Part shown: piece after piece, positions 18,468 through 28,150 of the stretch | How the letters are laid out: every line of letters starts with the position of its first letter | Numbering within the stretch: position 1 is the first letter of the stretch | From: an uncultured bacterium | Lineage (GTDB): Bacteria > RBG-13-66-14 | Direction: 5' to 3' | DNA length: 64,000 nucleotides | NCBI GenBank assembly: GCA_964581465.1 | Contig: CAZOOP010000004.1 | Span: 7,459 to 71,458, forward strand | The notes under the pieces: model-generated | The model's input: only the letters and a program-made list of their open reading frames with translations | Told to the model about the DNA's origin: nothing | Databases searched by the model: none | Made by a program: the position numbers and the translations under genes

Positions 18468-18653
18468 GGCCGCGCTGTGGTATAATCAACAATCGCGGAC
18501 ATCCCCGGTCGCATTGTATAGGCCGCCTTCCGGAAACCAGCTCCGTGTCTAGTAGCCGCAGCATCCACGGTGTCTCTTTGTCCGCTTGTTTTCTCAAGTG
18601 CGTACACTACCAGCGCGATCCACCCCCCTAGTCGTCTGTCAACGGAGGTCGCC

Positions 18654-18983
18654 TTGAAGCGGAGTCGTCAACCAACCTCCACCGTCCTGTTCATCGTCCT
18701 CCTGCTCGGTCCGGCCGTGCTGCTCGGCGGCTGCGCCGAGGAGCTCGACGAGGACACCTACGTCCAGGTGATGATAGATCAGACCGAGCTGATGTTCAGC
18801 GAGGCCCTGGACCCCGAGGCCGCCTTGGAGCGCGCCGCCGAGGATAACGACACCAGCCTGGAGGCCGTCGAGGACTTCCGCACCGAGCTCGAAAAGGACC
18901 CGGACCTCCAGCGCTCGATCAACGACCGCATCAACTTGGCCTTGGACGAGGCGATCCAGCCCAGCCTGCTGCCCGGCCAGTAG
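18654..18983 (+). CDS. Small acidic lipoprotein, family member 1 of 5
   Basis: ACGGAGG lies 5 nt before TTG 18654. Lipobox LLGGC, then EELDEDTYVQVMIDQ...SLEAVEDFRTELEKDPD. Confidence 0.7.
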   Translation: MKRSRQPTSTVLFIVLLLGPAVLLGGCAEELDEDTYVQVMIDQTELMFSEALDPEAALERAAEDNDTSLEAVEDFRTELEKDPDLQRSINDRINLALDEAIQPSLLPGQ

Positions 18984-19077
18984 GGGGGTTACGATACCCG
19001 GCGCCCCCGATCGGATCCGGTCCGCCCGGGACCTCTTCCGGCGGCTCCGTAGTTCCGAGCGATCCCCTGAGGTGCAT

Positions 19078-19659
19078 ATGTCCACCAAGCGCCCGAACCA
19101 GTTCCGCGCCTTCCTCTTCGCCGTCCCGGCCGTCGCCGTCGTCCTGCTGACCGGTTGCGGCTCCAGCCTGGACGACGAGGGCTACATCGAGATCATCCTG
19201 GCCAAGACCGACTACATGCTCGAGGAGGGCCTGACCGCCGAGGAGGCGCTGACCCGAGCCGCCGAAGACAACGGAACCACCGCCGAGGACGTCCGCGACT
19301 TCGAGGAGGAGCTGGCCAACGACCCCGAGCGCCTGGCCGATATCGCCGAGCGGATCATGGAGGAATCGGCCCCGCTGCGCGAGCGCTACATCGAGGTCTA
19401 CCGGCAGACCCTGGACGAGGCCCCGCCGCCCCTCGAGGACGAGCCCACTCCCACACCGGCTCCGAACCCCGCCGGCGAGGATGAGACAACAGAGGAAGCC
19501 GCCGACGAGGGTGAGGGCGTTGAGGACACCGAGCAGGGCGAAGAAGCCGCCGAGGACGGTGAGACGGGAGAGACGATCGACGAGCCCGCCCCGGACGATG
19601 ACGAGGACGGCGGCGAGACCATCACCGAGCCCTTCCCGCCCGAAGAGGTCGCGAACTGA
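19078..19659 (+). CDS. Small acidic lipoprotein, family member 2 of 5 (Pro/Glu-rich tail)
   Basis: Lipobox LLTGC, then SLDDEGYIEIILAK...TAEDVRDFEEELANDPE, and an acidic low-complexity C-terminus. Confidence 0.75.
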   Translation: MSTKRPNQFRAFLFAVPAVAVVLLTGCGSSLDDEGYIEIILAKTDYMLEEGLTAEEALTRAAEDNGTTAEDVRDFEEELANDPERLADIAERIMEESAPLRERYIEVYRQTLDEAPPPLEDEPTPTPAPNPAGEDETTEEAADEGEGVEDTEQGEEAAEDGETGETIDEPAPDDDEDGGETITEPFPPEEVAN

Positions 19660-19733
19660 GCCGTACAAGCCACCATTTCCCGCCCTAGCCCCAGCGAAAG
19701 CAACAACTACGATTACGTCAAAGGAGTCGCATT

Positions 19734-20279
19734 ATGGCCCGCAGTCCATCCGTCCTGACCGCTCTCGCACTCAGCCTGGTTCTGCTGCTGACCGCCTGCG
19801 GCGGCGGTGACATCAGCGAAGAGGAGTATCAGGAGGTGATGCGCGCCCTCGAAGAGGCCCGCGCCATGGGCGATCCCGAGGCCGCCGTCTACGAGGAGTT
19901 CGGTGTAACCCCCGAGGAGCTGCGCGGCTTCGAGGCCGAGCGCAGCGATGAGGAGCTGGCCGAGCTGCGTGGTCTGGATACCGAGTTGGGCGGCGTCCCC
20001 GACGAGGCGGCCGATCAGGCGATGAACGAGGAGGACTACGTCGAGGTCTTCGTCTTCATCGGCGGCCTGCAGTCCATGGGCCTGACGCCCGAGGAGGTCG
20101 ACAGCCGGATGCAGAACAAGCTCGACGAGATGGGTTACAGCACGACCGATCTCCAGGACTTCTCCGACTACGTCCAGAACACCCCGGAAATCAAAGAGTG
20201 CGTCGACGCCGCCATCGAAGAGCGTATCGCCTCGGGCGAGCAGATTATGATCGTCGAGGAGCCCCTCGAGCAGGAATAG
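19734..20279 (+). CDS. Small acidic lipoprotein, family member 3 of 5 (two modules)
   Basis: AAAGGAG lies upstream. Lipobox LLTAC. The module EEEYQEVM...TPEELRGFEAE is repeated as EEDYVEVFV...TTDLQDFSDYVQNTPE. Confidence 0.8.
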   Translation: MARSPSVLTALALSLVLLLTACGGGDISEEEYQEVMRALEEARAMGDPEAAVYEEFGVTPEELRGFEAERSDEELAELRGLDTELGGVPDEAADQAMNEEDYVEVFVFIGGLQSMGLTPEEVDSRMQNKLDEMGYSTTDLQDFSDYVQNTPEIKECVDAAIEERIASGEQIMIVEEPLEQE

Positions 20280-20317
20280 TAACCACCAGACCTCAGCCCC
20301 CGACGGGGGAGTCGAGC

Positions 20318-20665
20318 ATGAAAAACCGCCCCGTGCTGATCGCCGTCCTCGCCGCCGCCGCCGTTGCCTTCCTATCCGGCTGCTCGGACGAAGTGAGCTC
20401 TGAGGAGTACGTCGCCGTCCTCGTCGCACAGCTCGAGGCCGCCGACGCCGGAGGCAACCCCGCCGCCGTCGTCGGGGATCACGGCCTTGACGCCGACGAG
20501 TTGGCCGCCTTCGAACTCGAAGTCTACACCGACGAGGCCCTGGCACGCGAGGTGACCGCGCTGCTGGTCAGCGATTACCCCCGGCAGGCTCGAACCTTCG
20601 GCCTGGGAGCCCCTGAGGAATCGGCCACGCATAACGCCACCATCAACGGCGCTTTCGGTGACTAG
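20318..20665 (+). CDS. Small acidic lipoprotein, family member 4 of 5
   Basis: GGGGGAG lies upstream of ATG 20318. Lipobox FLSGC, then SSEEYVAVLVAQ...DADELAAFELEVYTDE. Confidence 0.75.
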   Translation: MKNRPVLIAVLAAAAVAFLSGCSDEVSSEEYVAVLVAQLEAADAGGNPAAVVGDHGLDADELAAFELEVYTDEALAREVTALLVSDYPRQARTFGLGAPEESATHNATINGAFGD

Positions 20666-21050
20666 GATGCCCAGCCGCCAGCTGTCTCTGCTGATCCTGG
20701 TCGGTACGCTGACGATCGCCTGTTCACAAAGCGGTTTCGATGATGACGACTACGTCCGGCTGACCGTCGACATCTCCCTGATCGGCTCCTCCCGGCACCC
20801 CGGCGGTGGACCGCCGACCGATCCAGCCCAGCGCCGGGCTTGGCACCGCGAGGAGGTCGACGCCATCCTCGCCGAATACGGTATCACCGAGAACGACTAC
20901 CTGGAGTACTCCCGCGCCCTCCACGATGAGCCCGCCCGCTACAATGGGGTGCTCGACGAGATAGCCGAGGAGTTCCAGCGCCGCGACGAGGAGCTCGAGG
21001 ACACGGAGGCCCCCGAAGAGGTCAAGCCGCCTCCCGGCTCCTTCGGCTAG
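20658..21050 (+). CDS. Small acidic lipoprotein, family member 5 of 5
   Basis: Lipobox LTIAC, then FDDDDYVRLTVD...ITENDYLEYSRALHDEP. The start is GTG 20658 or ATG 20667. Confidence 0.7.
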   Translation: MTRMPSRQLSLLILVGTLTIACSQSGFDDDDYVRLTVDISLIGSSRHPGGGPPTDPAQRRAWHREEVDAILAEYGITENDYLEYSRALHDEPARYNGVLDEIAEEFQRRDEELEDTEAPEEVKPPPGSFG

Positions 21051-21054
21051 CAGA

Positions 21055-21078
21055 CAACGGCCCCCGCGGGGGCCGTTG
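21055..21078 (+). terminator. Putative terminator hairpin
   Basis: CAACGGCCCCCGCGGGGGCCGTTG lies right after the stop. It has no clear T-tract. Confidence 0.4.
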
Positions 21079-21207
21079 GTACAGGACCGGGGCCGGTGTT
21101 CTTCCCAGGCGGGAACTCGTCTGCACGGAAGAGCCGGAAGCACGTCGATTCCGACACACACCGTCATTCTTCGTCTGTGATCCCGACAAGACCCGCGAGG
21201 TCCGTTC

Positions 21208-22173
21208 TTGAGAACCGACACCGCCGCCCCTCCGGAAAGCAGCCGCGCCGATGAACCCCGCGTCGGCTTTCTCTGGGCCCTCACCAGCGTACTGATTCCC
21301 TCGGTGGTCTTTTACATCATCCCGGACCTGACCGGGCGGCTGGGTGTCTGGGGCACCAGCGCCGTCTGGTTCCCCTTGGCCGTCGGCTTCTACTTCCTGC
21401 TGGCCCTGTTGCTGGGCAAGCTGGATTGCCTGGTCATCCCCCGGGGGCAACGCCTCAAGGTGGTCCTGCTGGGGCTGATTCAAACCATCGGCACCGCGTG
21501 CTTCTTCTTCGCCCTGACCAACGCCGAGCCCGGCCTGGTCTCCTTCGTCAACAACCTGACCCCGGTGCTGGCTACCCTGGGCGGAATCCTGCTGCTCAAG
21601 GAGCGCTTCCGGCCCGCCCAGGCCCTGGGCGCCCTGCTGGTCGTGGCCGGCGCGATGATGCTGACCTACTACGACGAGAGCGGTTCGCTGACCGGCATCC
21701 TCTTCATGGCCGTCGGGTCGGTCTTCTACGCCGCCCACGGCTTGCTGGCCCGTCGGCTGACCGAGCACGTCGATCCCCTGGCCCTGGGTTTCTGGCGCAC
21801 CGGGTTGATGGCCCTGGCCTTCGTCGCCCTGGCCGCTGTCCAAGGGGAGCTGATCTGGCCCACCGCCGGCGGGGATTGGCTGCTGCTGGCCTTGGGCGGC
21901 CTGCTGGGTCCCGTGGGCAGCATCTTTCCCTACTACCTGGCCCTGGAGCGCTGGGGCGTGGGCAAGGTTACCCTGGTGCGCGGTACCATGCCGCTGTGGG
22001 TACTGGTCTGGGGCCTGGTGTTGACGGGCGGCCTGCCGGCGCCGCTTCAACTCGTCGGCGGGGGATTGACCCTGGTCGGCACCGTGTTGATCGTCGTCTT
22101 CCGGCGACGCGATAGAGAAAAACCGCCCGCGTCGGATCCATCGTCGCCGGAAGGCTTGATTGAAAACGGTTGA
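21208..22173 (+). CDS. EamA/DMT-family transporter
   Basis: About ten hydrophobic segments arranged as a duplicated EamA-like pattern. The exact start is uncertain (TTG 21208). Confidence 0.75.
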   Translation: MRTDTAAPPESSRADEPRVGFLWALTSVLIPSVVFYIIPDLTGRLGVWGTSAVWFPLAVGFYFLLALLLGKLDCLVIPRGQRLKVVLLGLIQTIGTACFFFALTNAEPGLVSFVNNLTPVLATLGGILLLKERFRPAQALGALLVVAGAMMLTYYDESGSLTGILFMAVGSVFYAAHGLLARRLTEHVDPLALGFWRTGLMALAFVALAAVQGELIWPTAGGDWLLLALGGLLGPVGSIFPYYLALERWGVGKVTLVRGTMPLWVLVWGLVLTGGLPAPLQLVGGGLTLVGTVLIVVFRRRDREKPPASDPSSPEGLIENG

Positions 22174-22688
22174 AGGGCGGCATCCCCAGCCGGGAGGAAA
22201 ACCGTCAATCACGGCGCGTCGAGGTGGCAAGGATCATTCTCGGGCTCATACCAAGAAACCGGAAAGCATCCATCACGCGGCAAGCCGCTCCGAGAAAGGG
22301 CCTTGACGATTGCCCGGAGCGGGGCGTCAATACGTGGAGATGGATAACGGTCATAAGCGCCAAAGCAGGCGATAGATCGCCGTCAACAGGTCCTCGACCC
22401 ACGGCTGGCTCGCCTCCTGGGCGGAACCGCCAATCTCGACTACTCTTCACGTGACGGATGTATCGCTCATCATCGGGCTAGTCGGCAGGCTGAAATTACG
22501 ATTCGATCCGGACAGGGTACGCGATACCCACGGGAATCGCCCTTCATCCACTTCTGGAGCTCCCAGCGCTACGACCATCATCTTCGAAAACCGAACGGCC
22601 AAAGCTGATCGAGAGAACCGGCAACCGTATCTCCATCCACTACCGTACGCCGTCGCGGACCAAGCCCTCAACCGCCGATCCGGCGCCG

Positions 22689-22879
22689 CCGGAGACCTTT
22701 GCCAAACAATCACTGGGCAAATGCGCCGTCGATAACTCCGAACGGGAGGCTGTGGCACGTTTCTTGCAGCAGGGCGGGGCCGCCGCCGGGACGTTCCAGC
22801 CGCGGACTCCGCAAGAAACGTGCCACAGCCGGGCGCGAAGGCAGGCGCCGCGTGTGCCGTGTTTGGCAAAGGTCTCCGG
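22689..22879. repeat. Compound palindromic repeat, copy 3 (inner core 22748-22830)
   Basis: Inner arms are GGCTGTGGCACGTTTCTTGC / GCAAGAAACGTGCCACAGCC. Outer arms are a perfect 20-bp pair, CCGGAGACCTTTGCCAAACA / TGTTTGGCAAAGGTCTCCGG. Confidence 0.9.
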
Positions 22880-22904
22880 ATATTGCTTCCGAAGGGAGAA
22901 GGCC

Positions 22905-23714
22905 GTGGATGATTACCTCGAGGCCAACCGCGCTCACTGGGACGAGATCGTCGCGCCGCACCGCGCCGGCGATTTCTATGACGTTGAGGGCTTCATCGCC
23001 GGCAAGCCCCGGCTGGACCCGCTGGTACGTGAAGCCCTGGGTGAGATCGAGGGCAGGAAGGTGCTGCACCTGCAGTGCCACTTCGGTCTGGACACCCTGG
23101 ACCTGTCCCGCCTGGGGGCGCTTCCAGTCGGGGTGGATTTCTCGTCTCGAGCAGTGGAGGCGGCCCGGGAGCTGGCCGCCGAGACGGGGTTGGAAGCCCG
23201 CTTCGTTCAGGCCGTCGTCGGCGAGGTTCAGGCGACGTTGCGGGAGACCTTCGAGTTGGTTTTCACCAGCTACGGGGTGTTGACATGGCTGCCCGAGCTG
23301 GCCTCCTGGGCCCGGGACATCGCGGCCTGTCTGGATCCCGGCGGCCGCGTGGTGGTAATCGACTCCCACCCGACGGCGATGGTCTTCGACGATGAAGTGG
23401 AGGATACCGAGCTACGTGTCCGCTATCCCTATTTCGAGGCGGCGGCGATGCGCTTCCGGGAACAGGCGACCTACGCGGTCGGCGGGCTGGCCCTCGAGCA
23501 CGACGTGACCTACGAATGGATGCACCCGATTGAAGAGATCGTGATGAGCCTGCTGGAGGCCGGTTTGCGCCTGACGGTGTTGCGCGAGTACCCCTTCGCG
23601 GCCTGGCGGATGTACCCCTGGCTGGAGCGGGGGGAGGACGGCTTTTGGCGGCTGCCCGGCGGACGCCGTGATATTCCCTTGCTGCTGCGCGTCGAGGCCG
23701 TCAAGCCGAAGTAG
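22905..23714 (+). CDS. Class I SAM-dependent methyltransferase
   Basis: GAAGGGAGAAGG lies before GTG 22905. Motif I-like VLHLQCHFGLDTLDL is followed by VGVDFSSRAVEAA. The track ORF start lies inside the repeat and is rejected. Confidence 0.8.
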   Translation: MDDYLEANRAHWDEIVAPHRAGDFYDVEGFIAGKPRLDPLVREALGEIEGRKVLHLQCHFGLDTLDLSRLGALPVGVDFSSRAVEAARELAAETGLEARFVQAVVGEVQATLRETFELVFTSYGVLTWLPELASWARDIAACLDPGGRVVVIDSHPTAMVFDDEVEDTELRVRYPYFEAAAMRFREQATYAVGGLALEHDVTYEWMHPIEEIVMSLLEAGLRLTVLREYPFAAWRMYPWLERGEDGFWRLPGGRRDIPLLLRVEAVKPK

Positions 23715-24178
23715 TGGGAGGCCGTGTGCGTTGGTGGAGCGTTGTCCTGATCGCCCTCGGGTCGATCGTCTTCCTGCACTCGGTGGTGTTGCGCGCCTGC
23801 GGCGTAGTGCTGGTCGCCCTGGACCTCCAGGCCGGGATGCTGCGCCTGTTCCAGCGGAAGCTGGCCCGCAAGCGCTACCGTGATGCGGCGGAGCTGATCA
23901 CACCGGTTCAAGCCTCGGCGACAGCGCGGCCCTTTGTCGACGGCGCTTTCGACGCCCTCTATCTGGTCTGCGCTCTGCACGAGATTCAGGATCGCGACGC
24001 ACCCCTGGCCGAGTTCCGCCGTGTTCCGCGCCCCGACGGTCTGCTGGCCGTGGTCGAGTTCCGCCCCGACCCCGATTACCGGTTGCGCGGCACGACACGG
24101 CGCGTTGTCGAGTCCCGGTGGTTCTCCCACGAGGTGACAGGCGGGTTGCTCTGGAGCTACACCGCCCGCTTCCGTTGA
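23714..24178 (+). CDS. Truncated methyltransferase-like protein with an N-terminal hydrophobic segment
   Basis: Start overlaps the upstream stop (TAGTG). It has post-I and later MTase motifs (ALDLQAGML, FDALYLVCALHEI, PDGLLAVVEF) but no Gly-rich motif I. Confidence 0.55.
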   Translation: MGGRVRWWSVVLIALGSIVFLHSVVLRACGVVLVALDLQAGMLRLFQRKLARKRYRDAAELITPVQASATARPFVDGAFDALYLVCALHEIQDRDAPLAEFRRVPRPDGLLAVVEFRPDPDYRLRGTTRRVVESRWFSHEVTGGLLWSYTARFR

Positions 24179-24465
24179 TTCGCCTAGCGTCGCGCTGTGC
24201 TCGTTCGCGTATGTGTTAATACGCCCCGCCGCTGGGAGTTTTTACCCCGTACGTCTTTGCGTTGACTGTTAATGAGCCGCCGATGGTCAGCGGCTTCCTC
24301 GCCCGAGTGCTTTATCCGGGTTAAACGGTCCGTAACCCTTGACGCTGGTACGTTTTTTGCATAGTTTAAGGATGAGCCTCTCCGAGTCTCACCACTTCAT
24401 TGTATCGTCACAGTATCGTCGTATCCCGCACCGCCGGTTCGGTGGTCGCCACTGATTGGCCGACA

Positions 24466-26418
24466 ATGAAAACCCTCCGCCGCCTCTGTTTCCCGACACT
24501 GTTGCTCCTGCTGCTCACAGCGGCAGCTTCGGCGGACGCCGAGGGCGAGCGTCCCGGCGACAGTCTGCGGGAGCTGGCCGAGCGGGCGGCGGGTTCCCTG
24601 GAGCTCGATTTCCTCCTCAGCGGCCTCGAGGCCGGAGCCGAGCCCCGCAGCGTCGCCGTGCCCCAGAGCGATTGGGCCAGGGTAAGCCTGACCCGGGGAC
24701 GGGTGATCCTCCTCGATGACGCGGGCGAGCGCCCCCTGCCCGACGACGCCGTGCTGACCACGGGGCAGATCGTGGGCACGGGCGAGGTCTCTTCGACGGT
24801 GCTGGCCGTTTCCTCGGCCCGAGTGACCCTGCAACCCGACAGCGCTCTGCGCCTGGATGCCCGCGTGGAAAGCGGCGGCGTCGGTCGCACCCTGTTGGAG
24901 CTCCTCTACGGCCGGGCCCGCGCCGTCATCGAAACGGTTCTGGACGACGGCGAGGAGTTCAGCATCAGCGGTCCAACGGCGGTGGCCCTGGTGCGCGGCA
25001 CCGATTTCGAGGTCGCCGTGCCCCGGCCAGGGGTGACCACGGTGGCGGTCCATCGCGGCGTCGTCGAGGTCATCCCCCACTTCGACGGACGTCCCCGGGG
25101 CGAGCCGATCCTGCTCGAGGCCGGCCGGGGGATCGTCGTCGGCGAGCATGATCAGGTGTTGCGCGAACTCAGCGAACCGCCGGAACCTCGTGGACCCGAA
25201 ACGGGCGAGGAGTTGGTCTTCGCCCCCGGCTCGCCGCGTCGAATCGAGCTCGCCTGGAGCGCCGCCGAGAACGTCGAGCGGGTGCGCTTGCAGTTGGCCG
25301 AGGACGCCGAGTTCAGCAGCCTCCTGCGTGATGAGATGCTACCGGCCGTCGCCCCCGTCCGCTTCGAGCTGCCCCCCGGTGAGTACCACTGGCGCCTGGC
25401 CGCCGAGGACGATGTCGGTTTGCTGGGACCCTTCGGCCCGGCGCGGAGCTTCAGCGTCGCCGTCGACGACGTGCCGCCGGAGCTGTACATCGAAGGCTGG
25501 GAGCTCGGTTCCGGAGGGCGCGCCATCGTCGTCTGGGGTCGGGCCGACGAGGCCGCCCACTTGGTCGTCGGCTCGCAACCCGTATCCCTGGACGGTGACG
25601 GCTCCTTCCGCGCCACTCTGCCCACCGAGCTCTACGACGGCGCCGTACCCCTGATCGTCCGCGATGAGGTCGGCAACTCAGCAGAGCACCGCCTGGTCTA
25701 CCATCTGCCGCGCCTGCCCCTGGGGCTGGCCGGTCCCGGCGGGGCCAGCGGTCTGACCAGCCTGCACTTCGCCCGCAGCCTGGAGGCCTGGGACCTCCGT
25801 GCCGGTCTGGGAGCCGAACTGAGTTATCCCGCCGCGGATTCCGTCGATCCCCACCGCCGCAGCCGGGCCGAGCTAAACCTGGCCCTGGGCCTGGGCGGCT
25901 GGGGCGAGCTGGCCGTCGAAACCCCCTACTCGGCCCTGGTCCACGGCGAGGCCCAAACCCTGGCCGGAATGGGCGATCTGCGCCTGACAGCCAAGGTCGG
26001 TCCGCCGTCGCCCGACGACTTCGCCTACGCCGTCTACTCCGAACTGGAGCTGCCCACCGCCGAGCTCAACGACAACGCCGACCTGGGTCCGGAGACTCCG
26101 AACGACCGGGCCGTGGTCACCTCCGGCGTCGCCCTCCAGGCTGACCTGGCTCCCTTCACCCTGCTGGGCAACCTGGACTATCTCTTCGGCGACGACGGCG
26201 GCTTCGGTTACGGCCTGGGCGCCGTCTGGGCCGCCGCCGACTGGCTCTCCCTCTCGACGGCCTTCAACGGCGAGCCCGGCGCCGATTTCAACTCCGACGC
26301 CCGGATCACTCCGGGGGTTCACTTCGGTCTGGGCGACCTCCAGCTCAACCTTCACGGCGCCCTCTACCTCGACGGCCGTACCGATCTGGGTCTGGACATC
26401 ATCCTGTTCCAGCTCTAA
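24466..26418 (+). CDS. Secreted FecR-like domain protein with a C-terminal beta-barrel-like region
   Basis: Signal MKTLRRLCFPTLLLLLLTAAASA. FecR-like VALVRGTDFEVAV...VAVHRGVVEV. The C-terminal strands end DLGLDIILFQL. Confidence 0.75.
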   Translation: MKTLRRLCFPTLLLLLLTAAASADAEGERPGDSLRELAERAAGSLELDFLLSGLEAGAEPRSVAVPQSDWARVSLTRGRVILLDDAGERPLPDDAVLTTGQIVGTGEVSSTVLAVSSARVTLQPDSALRLDARVESGGVGRTLLELLYGRARAVIETVLDDGEEFSISGPTAVALVRGTDFEVAVPRPGVTTVAVHRGVVEVIPHFDGRPRGEPILLEAGRGIVVGEHDQVLRELSEPPEPRGPETGEELVFAPGSPRRIELAWSAAENVERVRLQLAEDAEFSSLLRDEMLPAVAPVRFELPPGEYHWRLAAEDDVGLLGPFGPARSFSVAVDDVPPELYIEGWELGSGGRAIVVWGRADEAAHLVVGSQPVSLDGDGSFRATLPTELYDGAVPLIVRDEVGNSAEHRLVYHLPRLPLGLAGPGGASGLTSLHFARSLEAWDLRAGLGAELSYPAADSVDPHRRSRAELNLALGLGGWGELAVETPYSALVHGEAQTLAGMGDLRLTAKVGPPSPDDFAYAVYSELELPTAELNDNADLGPETPNDRAVVTSGVALQADLAPFTLLGNLDYLFGDDGGFGYGLGAVWAAADWLSLSTAFNGEPGADFNSDARITPGVHFGLGDLQLNLHGALYLDGRTDLGLDIILFQL

Positions 26419-26753
26419 CTAACCGTCGGGGGGTTTCGCCCCCCACGACCACCGGCTCGCTTTGTGTATCCGGTTGAAGCACACCAACCGGGGAGTCCGT
26501 AGCGTCGCCGAGTCGTCGCGGGAAACCCTATCTACTTGCGGATGCTCCAGTCGCAGGGCCGGAGAGTCGAGTGTTCGCATTTCTTTGCTCTTTTCACCGG
26601 CTTCCTTAATCGCTCTCACGGCATCTCACGCTCCGCGATGATTCCCCCGCCGGCGGCGCGCACCACCGCTGCCTCACCGCTGTATCATCCCTCGGATAGC
26701 ATCGACTGCGGTGTAGTGGCAAATCCGCCGTTGGAAGCAAACCAGCGCTAACG

Positions 26754-27224
26754 ATGACCAAAGTCTCCTCGCAAAGCTTCAGCATTCTCATTGTCCTGCT
26801 CGCGCTGCTGAACGCTCGCGGCGCCGAGGCCAACCTGCGCGCCCCCGGTCCCGCCGACGAGCCGGGTACCCCGGAGCACGCCCTGGCGAGCTTTCTCACC
26901 GCCCTCTTCGAGGATGACGCCGCCGCCGTCGCCGAGCTCTACGATACCTCGCCCACTTGGAACGGAGATTGGCGTGAGCTGACCGCCGACAACCGGCTTT
27001 TCCTCGCCGAGGCCCTCGAGCCCGATCTGGAGTACTCCTATACACCGCCGCGTCCCGTCGAAGACGCCTCGAATCTGGAAGAGCTTCTCGGGCCGGAGCG
27101 CGCCATCGTCGCCAGTGAGCTGATCCAGATCGTCGACGACGTGTGGATCAGCCGGACTTACCACTTCCTCCTGGAGAACCGGGAGGGGGATTGGAGGGTG
27201 ATCCTCTTCGATGAAGCCCCCTAA
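26754..27224 (+). CDS. Hypothetical secreted protein
   Basis: Signal SFSILIVLLALLNARGAEA. Coding-like third-position GC. Confidence 0.65.
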   Translation: MTKVSSQSFSILIVLLALLNARGAEANLRAPGPADEPGTPEHALASFLTALFEDDAAAVAELYDTSPTWNGDWRELTADNRLFLAEALEPDLEYSYTPPRPVEDASNLEELLGPERAIVASELIQIVDDVWISRTYHFLLENREGDWRVILFDEAP

Positions 27225-28050
27225 ACCAACCCTGATCATCGCTCTGGCCGTCCTGGCGGCCCCGGCCCTCGCCGCCACGGTGGCCGAGCTGGCCGCCGCA
27301 CCCGAGAGTACCGACTTCGCCGCCTCCGTATCAGCCATCGACGACGCGGACCTGCTGCGCGGTCTCGACGAAATCGCCGACGACGAATCCCTGGGCGAGG
27401 CCCGCCGGCTCGAACTCCTCGAACCCTTCGCCGACATCCCGAAGGGCGGCCGAGCACTGGCCCGCCTGGACTCCGATCTGGCCATCCTGGCCCTGGCCGC
27501 CGGGCTGCCCGACAACCTGCCCCTGCTGCTCCAGATCTACTCGGGCGAAGAGGAGATCGTCGGCGAGCGAATCACCGCCGCCCTCTACTTCGGACGGGAA
27601 CGGATCGAGGCTCTGCTCGAGGGTATCGCCGCCGGTGGCTCGGACAACGCTCCAGCCGCCGCCGCCGTCCTCTACGACACCTTCGGCCGAATCTTCATCG
27701 AACCCCTGATCGCCGCCCTGAACCTCGAGGGCCGCCCCCCCGTCGTCGCCGCCGTGGCCCTGCGCGAGGCCGAAGAAGCCGCTTACCAGGCCCTCCTCGA
27801 CGCCGTGCGCGCCGGTCGCGACGGCGCCATCGCCTTCGCCCCGCTGATCTTCGCCGCCGGGGGCCAGCCCGCCGTCACCTTCCTCGACGCCTATCTCGAA
27901 AGCCCGGACCTCGACGTGCGCCGCCTGGCCGTCACCGTCCTCAGCCGCCTCACCGGCAAGGACTACGGCTACATGATGGACTACGAGGCCGACGCCGACG
28001 ACTACCGCCGCGAGGGACTGCCCCTCCCCCCGGAACTCGAAGAAAACTAG
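27211..28050 (+). CDS. Hypothetical secreted HEAT-repeat-like protein
   Basis: Signal MKPPKPTLIIALAVLAAPALAA. Helical repeats and DLDVRRLAVTVLSRLTG. Confidence 0.65.
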   Translation: MKPPKPTLIIALAVLAAPALAATVAELAAAPESTDFAASVSAIDDADLLRGLDEIADDESLGEARRLELLEPFADIPKGGRALARLDSDLAILALAAGLPDNLPLLLQIYSGEEEIVGERITAALYFGRERIEALLEGIAAGGSDNAPAAAAVLYDTFGRIFIEPLIAALNLEGRPPVVAAVALREAEEAAYQALLDAVRAGRDGAIAFAPLIFAAGGQPAVTFLDAYLESPDLDVRRLAVTVLSRLTGKDYGYMMDYEADADDYRREGLPLPPELEEN

Positions 28051-28082
28051 CCGCGTTCACAATCCCAACCGCAGCAAGGACC

Positions 28083-28115
28083 CCCGCGGGGGTCCTTGCT
28101 TTATTAACGAACCGG
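28083..28115 (+). terminator. Intrinsic terminator
   Basis: AGCAAGGACCCCCGCGGGGGTCCTTGCT followed by TTATT. Confidence 0.6.
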
Positions 28116-28150
28116 TTCACACCGACGACGTATTGCGTTCCCGTCCCACC

